64,000 bases of DNA. It comes from an uncultured Erysipelotrichaceae bacterium (lineage in GTDB: Bacteria; Bacillota_I; Bacilli_A; RF39; UBA660). The notes beneath the pieces were generated by a model. That model was not told the DNA's origin. It saw only the letters and a list, made by a program, of their open reading frames with translations, and searched no databases. Shown here piece by piece: positions 20,372 to 30,375 of this stretch (positions within the stretch are counted from its first letter, which is position 1; each line of letters begins with the position of its first letter). A program made the translations under genes and the position numbers. The DNA is taken from NCBI GenBank assembly GCA_902764545.1, contig CACWWC010000009.1, positions 5,540 to 69,539 on the forward strand, given 5' to 3'.

Positions 20372-23312
20372 AATTATCTCCTTGTAATCTTTTTATTTTA
20401 TCAACAATTATCTGCGTCTCATCTAGCCTTTTTTCAACTCTACCTCTTATTTTTAATAAATCTCCTATATTAGTGGATTCATATTGTTTATATACTTTTG
20501 GAAATAATATAAACTCTTTTGATGCAGTTTCATCACTTCCTGTTACAAACGCCATTTTATCTCCATTTTTTGTATTTATAACTTTTATTTTTTCAACTAG
20601 AATTAATACATCTACTTTTTTATCAAAAAAATTATCAATTTCATTAATAGATATACAATATGGATTATCTTTTTTATATATTGTGGTTGGGTGGGATGAT
20701 AAATAAAAACCAAATACTTCTTTCTCCTTCAATAATAATGTTTGTATATCATATTCATCTATAATTTCTAATTCTGGTTTGATTACTAATGATGGATCTA
20801 TATCTTTTGTAAGTTCTGCATAATTATATAAGCTATCTAAATTTTCAATGAGAGTTTTTCTATTAATATTAAACTCTTTAAAAAGATCAGCATATATCAA
20901 AGTTTCTATTGTTTTTTTGCTTACGCCTGAGATGCATAATCTACTTATACAGTCATATATATCAATAAATTTACCATTTGTTTTTGCATTATTTATCTCA
21001 TCTGCAACAACTGATCCTATTCCCTTTATATTTGATATTGGATATATTATTTTATTATCTATAACTTTGTATGTATTATCACTATTATTTATTGTGGGTT
21101 TTACAATTTCAATGTTATTGGCTTTAGCTTCCATGATATATTCATTAGTCTTGCTTTCAGAACCTATTACGTTAGTTAGAAGGTTGGCAAAGAAAATTGT
21201 TGGATAATATCTTTTTAAATACGCCATTTTATAAGCAATAATTGAATAAACTACTGAATGTGATTTATTAAAACCAAAACCTGCAAAGTTTAAAACTAAT
21301 TTGAATAGCTGTTCTGCTTGTTCTTTTGAATGATTATTTTCAATACTTTTTCTTATAAACTTTTCTTCTTCCGATTTTAGTAAGTCTAGTTTTTTCTTAG
21401 ACATTGCTCGTCGTAAGATGTCAGCCTCTCCTAGAGAGTATCCTGCATATACATTTGCCAATTGCATTATTTGTTCTTGATAAATTAATATTCCGTAGGT
21501 ACTTTTAGTTATTTTCTCTAGTGACGGGTCTAGGTATTCTACTTTTTCTTCATTATGTTTTCTTTTTATGTATGTATCTATATTTGATGCTGCTCCTGGT
21601 CTGAATAAGGCTATTGCCGCAAAAATATCATCTATTGAATTTGGTTTTAATCTTTTTAGGAAATTTTTCATCCCAGTAGATTCAAATTGAAATATGCCGC
21701 ATGTATTAGCTGTTTCAAATAATTTTAAAGTTTCTTGATCGTTTAATGGTATTTTTGAAAATTCGATTTCTTCGTTATGAATTTTCTTTATATCTGTTAG
21801 AATGTTATCTATTAATGTTAAATTTTTCAATACTAGAAAGTCCATTTTTAGAAGTCCTAATTCTTCTAAATATTCCATGGAATAGCTTGTAAGATACATG
21901 CCATCTACTTTTATTAGTGGAACAACTTCATCAAGATCTATTTGAGACATAATAATTCCAGCTGCATGTTGTGATGTATGGCGTGGAAAACCTTCTAATT
22001 TAGATGCAATTCTAAACATATTTGTAAGAATTGAGTCACTATCAATTCTTGTTTTAAAAGATGAATTATTATTATACAATTCTGTTAAAGTTTCTTTAGA
22101 TTGGCCTATTAATTTTGATAGAGAGTCTACTTTATATAAGGGAATATTTAATACTCTTGAAACATCTCTTATAACCTGTTTTGAAGCCATTGTTCCAAAA
22201 GTTATAATACCACTTACTCTTTTATCTCCATATTTTTCTCTAACATAATCAATAACAAGCGCTCTTTTATTATCAGGGAAATCCGTGTCTATGTCTGGCA
22301 TAGTTTTTCTGGCTGGATTTAAAAACCTTTCAAAGAGCAAATCATATTTAATTGGATCTATATCTGTAATACCTAGGGAATATGCAACGAGGCTACCAGC
22401 GGCACTTCCTCTTCCTGGCCCGACTAATATTTTATTTTTCTTCGCAAACTTTATGAAATCATAAACTATTAAAAAGTAATTTGGAAACCCCATCTCATTT
22501 ATTACTTTTAACTCATATATTAATCTTTCCTTATAATTGTCTGGTATTTCTCCTTGAAGTCTTTTCTTTAATCCAACTTTACATAATTCAAATAAATATT
22601 CTTTCGGATTATCACATTCATATATTGGTAATAAGTTTTTTACTTTTGGAAATTCAATTTTACATTCATCTGAAATTTTTAAAGTATTTAGTAATCCTAT
22701 ATTATCTGTGAGGTCTAGAATGTTATCTATTTTTAATTCATGATTTTGTATATCATAGCTAACATCATCCAATATTGTTTTTCCATCTCGTATTCTATAT
22801 AAGTATGACAATATTTCTTGATTGTCTTTTTGAAAGTACAAATTTCTTCTGAAAAATACTACATTTTTTGTTAACAATAAAGCTTCCATTTCTTCTTTCT
22901 TATTTGTATATCCTAAATACAGTTCATCATATATTTTTTTAAGTTCTGGTAATTTACCTTTGTTTTTAAATTCTATTACGGAAATTATATTATTATTATA
23001 TTTTTGTAAATCATTAGTATCAACTTTTCTTTCATTTTGAATCGTTGAGAGTTTCATTAAGTTTTGATATCCGGAATAGTTTTTTGCATATAATACAAGA
23101 CTATAATCATCTGTAATAACTTCTAATCCAATAATTGGTTTTATATTGTTTTTTTCACACTTTTTTATAAATTCCATAACTCCAAACATATTAGAATCTG
23201 AAATTGCTATTGAGGTAGTATTATTATCTATAGCGTATGTTATTAATTCATCTATTTTTAATAGTGATGATAGTAATGTGTAGTTTGTTGTATTAAATAA
23301 TGGTATATACAT
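20361..23312 (-). CDS. dnaE: DNA polymerase III alpha subunit (DnaE-type)
   Basis: N-terminal PHP domain, polymerase core (GFPRHTSQHAAG, PDIDTDF) and C-terminal OB fold, 983 aa. Confidence 0.85.
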   Translation of the reverse strand: MYIPLFNTTNYTLLSSLLKIDELITYAIDNNTTSIAISDSNMFGVMEFIKKCEKNNIKPIIGLEVITDDYSLVLYAKNYSGYQNLMKLSTIQNERKVDTNDLQKYNNNIISVIEFKNKGKLPELKKIYDELYLGYTNKKEEMEALLLTKNVVFFRRNLYFQKDNQEILSYLYRIRDGKTILDDVSYDIQNHELKIDNILDLTDNIGLLNTLKISDECKIEFPKVKNLLPIYECDNPKEYLFELCKVGLKKRLQGEIPDNYKERLIYELKVINEMGFPNYFLIVYDFIKFAKKNKILVGPGRGSAAGSLVAYSLGITDIDPIKYDLLFERFLNPARKTMPDIDTDFPDNKRALVIDYVREKYGDKRVSGIITFGTMASKQVIRDVSRVLNIPLYKVDSLSKLIGQSKETLTELYNNNSSFKTRIDSDSILTNMFRIASKLEGFPRHTSQHAAGIIMSQIDLDEVVPLIKVDGMYLTSYSMEYLEELGLLKMDFLVLKNLTLIDNILTDIKKIHNEEIEFSKIPLNDQETLKLFETANTCGIFQFESTGMKNFLKRLKPNSIDDIFAAIALFRPGAASNIDTYIKRKHNEEKVEYLDPSLEKITKSTYGILIYQEQIMQLANVYAGYSLGEADILRRAMSKKKLDLLKSEEEKFIRKSIENNHSKEQAEQLFKLVLNFAGFGFNKSHSVVYSIIAYKMAYLKRYYPTIFFANLLTNVIGSESKTNEYIMEAKANNIEIVKPTINNSDNTYKVIDNKIIYPISNIKGIGSVVADEINNAKTNGKFIDIYDCISRLCISGVSKKTIETLIYADLFKEFNINRKTLIENLDSLYNYAELTKDIDPSLVIKPELEIIDEYDIQTLLLKEKEVFGFYLSSHPTTIYKKDNPYCISINEIDNFFDKKVDVLILVEKIKVINTKNGDKMAFVTGSDETASKEFILFPKVYKQYESTNIGDLLKIRGRVEKRLDETQIIVDKIKRLQGDNYEE

Positions 23313-23475
23313 AATATTACCTCCTTTAGTTATATTTTATCATATATTGTATTTTACTTGTAGAGAAGTTTTTTATTATTCAGCATGTTTGTTTTTTACT
23401 GATTTTATTTGACTTTGCTTTCTTTTTATGTTAAAGTTATTAAGCAGTGAAGGAAATACCGAAGGAGGGATATTA

Positions 23476-23655
23476 ATGGCAAAAAATATTACTACAAGAA
23501 AAGATAATGTAAAAAATATTAGATCTCATGCTTTAAATGCAACAAAAAAGAGACAAAATTTAAATTTACAAGTTTATAGACTTGAAGATGGTACTAAAGT
23601 TAGACTTTCAGCAAGAGAGATTAGAACTTTAGCAAAGAATGAAAAAGCTGCATAG
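23476..23655 (+). CDS. rpmB: 50S ribosomal protein bL28
   Basis: NIRSHALNATKKRQNLNLQ matches the bL28 core (NRSHALNATKRRFLPNL). GGAGGG RBS 7 nt upstream. I start at the internal Met rather than the ORF-track start. Confidence 0.8.
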   Translation: MAKNITTRKDNVKNIRSHALNATKKRQNLNLQVYRLEDGTKVRLSAREIRTLAKNEKAA

Positions 23656-23683
23656 TAAAATGTGGCTTATTTTTTTATCAATA

Positions 23684-23712
23684 AAAATGAGTAGATTTTT
23701 TCTACTCATTTT
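23684..23712. terminator. bidirectional rho-independent terminator (AAAATGAGTAGA / TCTACTCATTTT)
   Basis: 12-bp perfect inverted repeat flanked by A/T runs on both sides, between convergent rpmB and the 395-aa gene. Confidence 0.65.
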
Positions 23713-23716
23713 AAGT

Positions 23717-24904
23717 TTATGTATTTTCTATTCCATATCTATCTTTTGTAAATCCAAAATTTATCTTTATTTGATTTCCAGCTATTAAATCATAGTTGTC
23801 TATATCTTGTCCTTCTAACCATATATAAACTCTTACTTTAGTTATAGAGTTACCAGCTAGTTTTATTAATTGGTTACTTTGTGTATATGTCATTGATGGG
23901 CTAATTTTATATGAAGTATAACTTAGTAATGGTGAGGTTGATGTGGATGAATAATTTGTTGTTGTATTTGCTGTATACCCGTTTAGCCCATCATAAATGT
24001 CTACGTTGCCTGATGAAGCTACTGCGTGATATACAGAATAAGTATTTCTTTCTGTGGTCGTCGTAATTTGTGTACATGCATCAGATAAATATTCCCCAGT
24101 AGATGTATTTCGCTTTTTGCAGGCATTATTATAGTAATTAACTAAAGCCTGTGTGTGCGAATTATAGTTTGGCTCCCAAATATTCCAATACAACGCTTTG
24201 CTACTACCCTCCGCAGGGCAAAGTTTTTTTGTAGTTGAGGAATTTGCCGTAGAGCATGACAATGCCTGTATATTTGCAATACTTGCTCCTGATGATTTAA
24301 TATTTGCAAGCGAAAAAAATCCAACTCTTACTGAATTTGCTGCTCCATTATTTGTTCCATTATATGTTGCTGAAGAATTTTTAGTTAGATAAATATTTTC
24401 AGCGGCTGATGTTGAATTATCTCCATTGTACGATGCACCTTTACCATTTCTAATAAATAAGTCAAAGACAATGTACCCGTCTTGCTCTGTTGTTGAGTTA
24501 TCAATTGCGTTAGCTATTAATCTGTATCCTCCTTGGGTTGCAGATAAACTGGTCTTTTCAAAAAGTTTAAGTCTTCCTGTTGTTGTATCAAGCACTCCTG
24601 ATGATGATACTGGAGATAATCCGGATGCAGGCCATTTGTTTGTGTTTGTTGAGTATGCTGTAAGGCCTGTCGTTATTGCTGTCTCTGAAATAGTTAGTTT
24701 GTTACTTCCACTCTTCCAGGCACTTCCATCAAGGGATATTTCTAATCCCGGATCTGTATTAACACTTACTGTAAATTCATTTGTAGTAACAGTTGATGTT
24801 CCTACAAACCAGGCATATGTTTCTGTAATAAGGACAATTGTAGTAATAGTTATTACAACAAATAAAAAGAAGATTTTACGTTTTTTTCTTTTATTGCTGT
24901 TCAT
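23717..24904 (-). CDS. secreted Thr/Ser/Asn-rich protein with a SipW-cognate (TasA/camelysin-type) signal peptide
   Basis: Basic N-terminus and hydrophobic span ending …ITETYAWFVGTST, resembling the TxAxF motif of SipW-dependent signal peptides. Confidence 0.5.
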   Translation of the reverse strand: MNSNKRKKRKIFFLFVVITITTIVLITETYAWFVGTSTVTTNEFTVSVNTDPGLEISLDGSAWKSGSNKLTISETAITTGLTAYSTNTNKWPASGLSPVSSSGVLDTTTGRLKLFEKTSLSATQGGYRLIANAIDNSTTEQDGYIVFDLFIRNGKGASYNGDNSTSAAENIYLTKNSSATYNGTNNGAANSVRVGFFSLANIKSSGASIANIQALSCSTANSSTTKKLCPAEGSSKALYWNIWEPNYNSHTQALVNYYNNACKKRNTSTGEYLSDACTQITTTTERNTYSVYHAVASSGNVDIYDGLNGYTANTTTNYSSTSTSPLLSYTSYKISPSMTYTQSNQLIKLAGNSITKVRVYIWLEGQDIDNYDLIAGNQIKINFGFTKDRYGIENT

Positions 24905-25059
24905 ACTACCAATTCCTTTCTATATGCCACGTATTATATGAGTATATTATATTCTAATTTTATTATATATTAATAAGAAAATATAGTCAATTTTGTTTTT
25001 CAGTTTTTATCATAATGTAGTGTTTCAGTTTTTATCATAAAAAAAAGAGTAAATACTCT

Positions 25060-25731
25060 TTATTCACAGTTGAATCCATGTTGTGTTGTGACATCTTGGT
25101 AAATTGATTCTTTTGTAGAATCCTTAATATATATAACATTAAATCTATAATTTTCTTGATTAATAGTTGGAATTGTACTAACATCTAAATTACTATAATC
25201 AACTTCTGTTGTTGTTACGACTCCATTTTCAATATCTTTTACTGATAATGAATACCCATTTTGTTTTCTTAAATATGGTACAAGTGCTGTTTTAAAACTT
25301 TGAATAGCCGCTTGGGCGTTTTGATTACCTTCAACTATTGTTAATGTGTATTCTTTGGTAAGTGAAGATAGTTTATTATCTTTAAATGTATAGTTCACTT
25401 TGATGACTTCATTAGTACCATCGCTATTGACATTGGATTTTGTACAACCAAGTTTCGTTGTATTTACTTCTGGAGTTTCTTTTCTTGCTTGAATATTTGT
25501 ATTGTTTGATTCTTTTCTTTTTTCCATTTGAGATTGTACTATTGGGTAGCTTCCTCCGATAACAATTAATAATAATCCTAGTAGCGCTAAGATTGCAGCT
25601 GGCTTTTTACTATTTACTTTTTCAAAGTGAGCAATTTTTTTAAATGTCTCAAAATTAAGAACTTGTGTTCTTTGTAATTCTTCTTCGCTCATCTGTTGTT
25701 TAACATCATTATTTTTGTTTTGCTGCATCAT
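25060..25731 (-). CDS. membrane-anchored hypothetical protein (223 aa)
   Basis: Single TM (AAILALLGLLLIVIGG) then an extracytoplasmic domain. Terminator-like hairpin downstream. Confidence 0.5.
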   Translation of the reverse strand: MMQQNKNNDVKQQMSEEELQRTQVLNFETFKKIAHFEKVNSKKPAAILALLGLLLIVIGGSYPIVQSQMEKRKESNNTNIQARKETPEVNTTKLGCTKSNVNSDGTNEVIKVNYTFKDNKLSSLTKEYTLTIVEGNQNAQAAIQSFKTALVPYLRKQNGYSLSVKDIENGVVTTTEVDYSNLDVSTIPTINQENYRFNVIYIKDSTKESIYQDVTTQHGFNCE

Positions 25732-25799
25732 ATCATCACCTTACCTTAAATACATTATATTAAATACTTGTTTAATATTCAAGAAAAAAATAACTATTT

Positions 25800-27617
25800 C
25801 TAGTTATTTTTATTTCTTGCGTCCCATTTTTTTCTTTCTTCTGTATTTAAAATTCTTTTTCTAAGTCTTATAAAGTTAGGTGTAACTTCTACTAATTCGT
25901 CCGAATTGATATAGTCAAGTGCATATTCTAGGGTAATTGGTCTTGGTCTTTTTAATACTACAGTATGATCTGATCCAGCTGCACGAGTATTTGTTAATTG
26001 TTTTCCCTTAACAACATTGACTGCAAGATCATTATCTCTATTACATTCTCCAACTATCATTCCTTCGTAAACTTCTGTTCCCGGTTCAATAAACATTGTT
26101 CCTCTATCTTCTAAGTTTCCAATAGAATATGCTGTTGCATTTCCATTCTCCATAGAAACTAAAGCACCTAGTTTTCTTTCACCTATTACAACATTTTCAT
26201 ATGGAAGATACTCTTTAAATGTATGATTCATTATTCCATAGCCTTTTGTAAGTGTCATGAAATCTGTTGAAAATCCTATAAGCCCTCTTGATGGAATTGT
26301 GTAGATCAATCTTACTTGTCCTTCGAAGTTATTCATGCTTTCCATTTTTCCACCACGGATACCTATTTGTTCTATTACTGTACCCATTGATTCTTCTGGA
26401 ACTTCTATTTGTAATTCTTCATATGGTTCACATTTAACTCCATCTATTTCTTTTATGATTACAGTTGGTTTTGATACTTCAAGTTCAAATCCTTCACGTC
26501 TCATGTTTTCAATTAAAATACCTAGATGTAATTCTCCTCGTCCACTCACTAGGAATGACTCATTAGTTGCTTGTTCTACTTTTAGTGAGACATCTTTTTG
26601 AGTTTCTCTTATTAATCTTTCTTCTATCTTTCTAGCGGTTACTATTTTTCCATCTTTTCCAACCATTGGAGATGAGTTGGTTCCAAATGTCATTTGAAGA
26701 GTTGGTTCATCTATGTGTAGTTTAGGAAGTGGCAAAATATTATCATTATTACAAATTGTTTCTCCGACAGATATATCAGCAAGTCCAGCTATAGCTATAA
26801 TATCTCCAGCTTCTGCGCTTTCGATTTCTACTCTATTATATCCGTAGTAACCAAATAACTTTTGAATTCTAAATTGTTTTGTGCTTCCATCTAGTCTGCA
26901 ACAAGTAACCATTTCTCCGGTTTTTATCTTTCCATTATGTACTCTACCTATTCCAATTCTACCAACAAACTCATTATAATCTAATAATGCCGGTTGGAAT
27001 TGCAATGGTGATTCAGAATCTCCTGTAGGTTCGGGAATAATTTCAATAATTTTATCTAATATTTCTTCAAATCCTGGGGTTTGAGTTGACAAGTCATCAC
27101 TTAGTGAACATGTTCCATTTAGAGCTGATGCATAAATTACATCAAAGTCTAATTGGTCATCATCTGCACCTAATTCTATAAATAAATCCAGTACTTCATC
27201 TACAACCGCAGCACATCTTGCACTTGGTTTATCTACTTTATTAATAACAACTATTGGTTTTACTCCTGCTTCAAAAGCTTTCTTAAGTACAAATCTTGTT
27301 TGAGGCATTGCTCCTTCATAGGCGTCTACTACTAAAATAACTCCGTCAACCATATTCATGATTCGTTCTACTTCTCCACCAAAGTCAGCATGACCTGGAG
27401 TATCTAGAATATTAATTCTTACTCCCTTGTAATCTAAAGCAGTAGTTTTTGCAAGTATTGTAATTCCTCTTTCACGCTCTAAATCATTTGAATCCATTGA
27501 AACATTTGACACATCTTCATTATCTCTAAACATTCCTGAACTTTTTAAAATACCATCTACTAATGTAGTTTTTCCATGGTCAACATGGGCTATTATTGCT
27601 ACATTTCTTTTTTCCAT
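25800..27617 (-). CDS. typA: translational GTPase TypA/BipA
   Basis: AIIAHVDHGKTTLVD G1 motif and EF-G-like domain order, ~605 aa. Start set at ATG (MEKRNV…) with an AGAGGTG RBS. Confidence 0.85.
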   Translation of the reverse strand: MEKRNVAIIAHVDHGKTTLVDGILKSSGMFRDNEDVSNVSMDSNDLERERGITILAKTTALDYKGVRINILDTPGHADFGGEVERIMNMVDGVILVVDAYEGAMPQTRFVLKKAFEAGVKPIVVINKVDKPSARCAAVVDEVLDLFIELGADDDQLDFDVIYASALNGTCSLSDDLSTQTPGFEEILDKIIEIIPEPTGDSESPLQFQPALLDYNEFVGRIGIGRVHNGKIKTGEMVTCCRLDGSTKQFRIQKLFGYYGYNRVEIESAEAGDIIAIAGLADISVGETICNNDNILPLPKLHIDEPTLQMTFGTNSSPMVGKDGKIVTARKIEERLIRETQKDVSLKVEQATNESFLVSGRGELHLGILIENMRREGFELEVSKPTVIIKEIDGVKCEPYEELQIEVPEESMGTVIEQIGIRGGKMESMNNFEGQVRLIYTIPSRGLIGFSTDFMTLTKGYGIMNHTFKEYLPYENVVIGERKLGALVSMENGNATAYSIGNLEDRGTMFIEPGTEVYEGMIVGECNRDNDLAVNVVKGKQLTNTRAAGSDHTVVLKRPRPITLEYALDYINSDELVEVTPNFIRLRKRILNTEERKKWDARNKNN

Positions 27618-27704
27618 ACTATACACCTCTTTACACGTCGCATCCCATTATAACATAAGTCAAAAAAAAATACTAGAATTTTCTAGTATTTTCACATTTT
27701 TATG

Positions 27705-28961
27705 TTATTTTTGATTTTTTTGCTGATCAAGAAAATTAGTTAAATATTCTAATTCTTCTTCTGATAACTCCCTTTTTGATGGGTATAATGAAGTTTCTTC
27801 GTAATTTTTAATATCTATTTTTTTGTTATCATTTATGTCTAAAAATATTTTTAAAATATACGTTAATTTATCAATACTCCATAAAACTTCTCTTTTTAAT
27901 TGTTTATTAAATTGATCTTTGTTAAGTCTTATCATGGTTTTTTTGGCTTTTTCGTATGCAAATTTATATTTTTCATCTTCTTTTGAATAACCTTCTTTTA
28001 ATAGAAGGCTATTGGCTTCCCACTCTTCTGATGAAAATTCTCCTAAATAATTATCATCAAAGTCAATAGATAATTTTTCTACTTCTTTTCTCATTAATTC
28101 AAGTTTACTTATGAATCTTCTTGCAACGTCTGGATATAGTTCTACAATACATTTAATATTCTTTCTTATGTTTCCAGTATGAAAATAGCCATATTTGTCA
28201 AAGATTGATCCATTTTGTGCCTTATTTATGAAGTTCATATAATTCTCTTCATATGATAAGCCTTCCTTATACTTAAATACAGGGCTCATTCCACTATCAT
28301 ATGATGAGAATTTGCTTGTATGATAATTAGGTTCATCAATATGCATAAACATTTCAGAGAACTCTGTATCAATAATTGGGGCTACTCTTTCAAATTTATT
28401 ATCTTTTTTTATTAAAGAAACATTTTCATAATGATAATTATCATCTCTTCTTAATATTGAACATAATATTTGTTCTGCTAACTGTTCTCCTAAATCTTTT
28501 CTTTCTGTAAAAAATGTACTTTTTAAAATATTTTCATAATCATATTGAACTTCACAATAATTAATGTAATCGTTTATATCAACAAGAGAATCAGGATACT
28601 TTCTAAATAGTTCTAATAGATTAACTAATTCTTCACCATCTTGTAATATATTTTCAACAATTGTTCCTTTTTCATAGTATTTTGGTTGTTCCTGCGATAA
28701 GTTTTTACATGTTGCGAGAGTATATTGGGGATTTTTTTTATCAATATACTTTTTTAATAAATATGACCAGTATACCTCACTGTATGCAAATAATGGTGTT
28801 GAATATGGTTTTGTTTTGGATAATGGTTTAAATATCATTTCTTTACCATCTACTTCAAATACTGGAAAGTATTTAGTACTAGATACAACACCACTTGATT
28901 TGCTTTCTAAATTTCGTTTTTTATTTTCTATCTCAAATTTTTCAATATTAAAAATCCCCAT
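27705..28961 (-). CDS. hypothetical protein (418 aa)
   Basis: ORF track, no recognisable motif. Confidence 0.5.
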   Translation of the reverse strand: MGIFNIEKFEIENKKRNLESKSSGVVSSTKYFPVFEVDGKEMIFKPLSKTKPYSTPLFAYSEVYWSYLLKKYIDKKNPQYTLATCKNLSQEQPKYYEKGTIVENILQDGEELVNLLELFRKYPDSLVDINDYINYCEVQYDYENILKSTFFTERKDLGEQLAEQILCSILRRDDNYHYENVSLIKKDNKFERVAPIIDTEFSEMFMHIDEPNYHTSKFSSYDSGMSPVFKYKEGLSYEENYMNFINKAQNGSIFDKYGYFHTGNIRKNIKCIVELYPDVARRFISKLELMRKEVEKLSIDFDDNYLGEFSSEEWEANSLLLKEGYSKEDEKYKFAYEKAKKTMIRLNKDQFNKQLKREVLWSIDKLTYILKIFLDINDNKKIDIKNYEETSLYPSKRELSEEELEYLTNFLDQQKNQK

Positions 28962-28980
28962 ATATTCACCTCTTGTGATT

Positions 28981-29586
28981 TCATATCATATCATGTTTTT
29001 TTCTTTTTGAAAATAATTTATATATTGTTCTAACTATTATTACTGCTATTAGTATTCTTATTGGTGTTTTTAAATACGATATATATCCATTTATTAATAT
29101 CCAATTTTCTCCTAAACTATATCCAAAATATACAAATGCTAGTGTCCAAGGAATGGATCCTATTGTCGTATATACTAAAAATTTAATAAACGATTGTTTT
29201 GTTATACCGATAGGAAGTGATATTAGAGTTCTTACTATTGGGAAGTTTCTTCCAATAAGAGCAGATAACATTCCATATTTATTAAACCAGGAATCACTTT
29301 TTTCTATTTCATCTTCTTTCATAAAAAAATACTTCCCATATTTTTTTACAAATGCTTTTCCTCCAAAATACCCCATAAAATAAATTGCAACTGCGCAAAA
29401 AACACTACCAAGTAGTCCTGTTATAAATGCTCCCCAAAATGTAAATATTTTTTTACTAGCAAGTATTCCTCCTGTTGCTAGTATTAATTCACTTGGTATA
29501 ATTATTATTACAGCTTCTAGAACCATACCAAGAAACATTCCTAAGTAACCATAATTTATTATTAAATTTAGTACAAAGTTATCCAT
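28981..29586 (-). CDS. DedA/VTT-family membrane protein
   Basis: 201 aa, multi-TM, GMFLGMVLEAVIIIIPSELIL is DedA-like. Confidence 0.65.
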   Translation of the reverse strand: MDNFVLNLIINYGYLGMFLGMVLEAVIIIIPSELILATGGILASKKIFTFWGAFITGLLGSVFCAVAIYFMGYFGGKAFVKKYGKYFFMKEDEIEKSDSWFNKYGMLSALIGRNFPIVRTLISLPIGITKQSFIKFLVYTTIGSIPWTLAFVYFGYSLGENWILINGYISYLKTPIRILIAVIIVRTIYKLFSKRKKHDMI

Positions 29587-29619
29587 ATTATCACCTATTT
29601 AATAATATGAAAAAAAGAA

Positions 29620-30309
29620 TTAATTTTTCATTAATTCTTCAATATAACTACTAAGAGTATTATACTCTTTGATGTTTAATTCTTCTAATAAGTGATTATG
29701 TTTTTTTAATGTTACTCCATTAAATTCTTTTAACATTTCATAATCATTATCATTATCTCCAATAGTGTATAAGTCGTTTAGATTAAGTTTTTCCAAATTA
29801 AATAGTTTTTTTAAAGCATTTCTTTTATTAACATATTTATTTATAATATTTATATGTGTTCTACTAGCATAGATATGTATATCTAATTTATCTTTTAATA
29901 GTCTAACCATTTCTTTTTTATTATCTTCATCTTTGCAATTAACAACTATTTTTACAACATCTTCTATGTATTCTGTTTTGTTATAGCCATCATCTAAATA
30001 ATAATCACATTTTAATTCATTGAGGATTTCTTTTGTCTTTGTAACATCTTTTTTTTCTAAATATGTTGTTTCAATACAAAAATCCATGTTATTAAAAATT
30101 TTTGCTCCATCCTCACATATCAGATAAGAATATGGTACTTCATACTTATTGAGTAATTTTTTTAGATCAGTATAGTTTCTTCCTGTTATTATACAAAAGA
30201 CGTTACCATGTGAGATAAATTTTTTTATTGATTTAATATTATTTATGGTTTTGTTATTATCATCTTCAAAATATATTGTTTCATCAAAGTCACTGGCTAG
30301 TATCTTCAT
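29620..30309 (-). CDS. HAD-superfamily hydrolase (Cof-like, subfamily IIB)
   Basis: N-terminal DFDETI (DxD nucleophile), ITGR and a C-terminal GDNDND motif. Confidence 0.65.
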   Translation of the reverse strand: MKILASDFDETIYFEDDNNKTINNIKSIKKFISHGNVFCIITGRNYTDLKKLLNKYEVPYSYLICEDGAKIFNNMDFCIETTYLEKKDVTKTKEILNELKCDYYLDDGYNKTEYIEDVVKIVVNCKDEDNKKEMVRLLKDKLDIHIYASRTHINIINKYVNKRNALKKLFNLEKLNLNDLYTIGDNDNDYEMLKEFNGVTLKKHNHLLEELNIKEYNTLSSYIEELMKN

Positions 30310-30375
30310 ATTATCACCTATCTATATTATATAATACCAATATTTTTTTTCAAAGAAAAAACCTTAATTAAGGTT

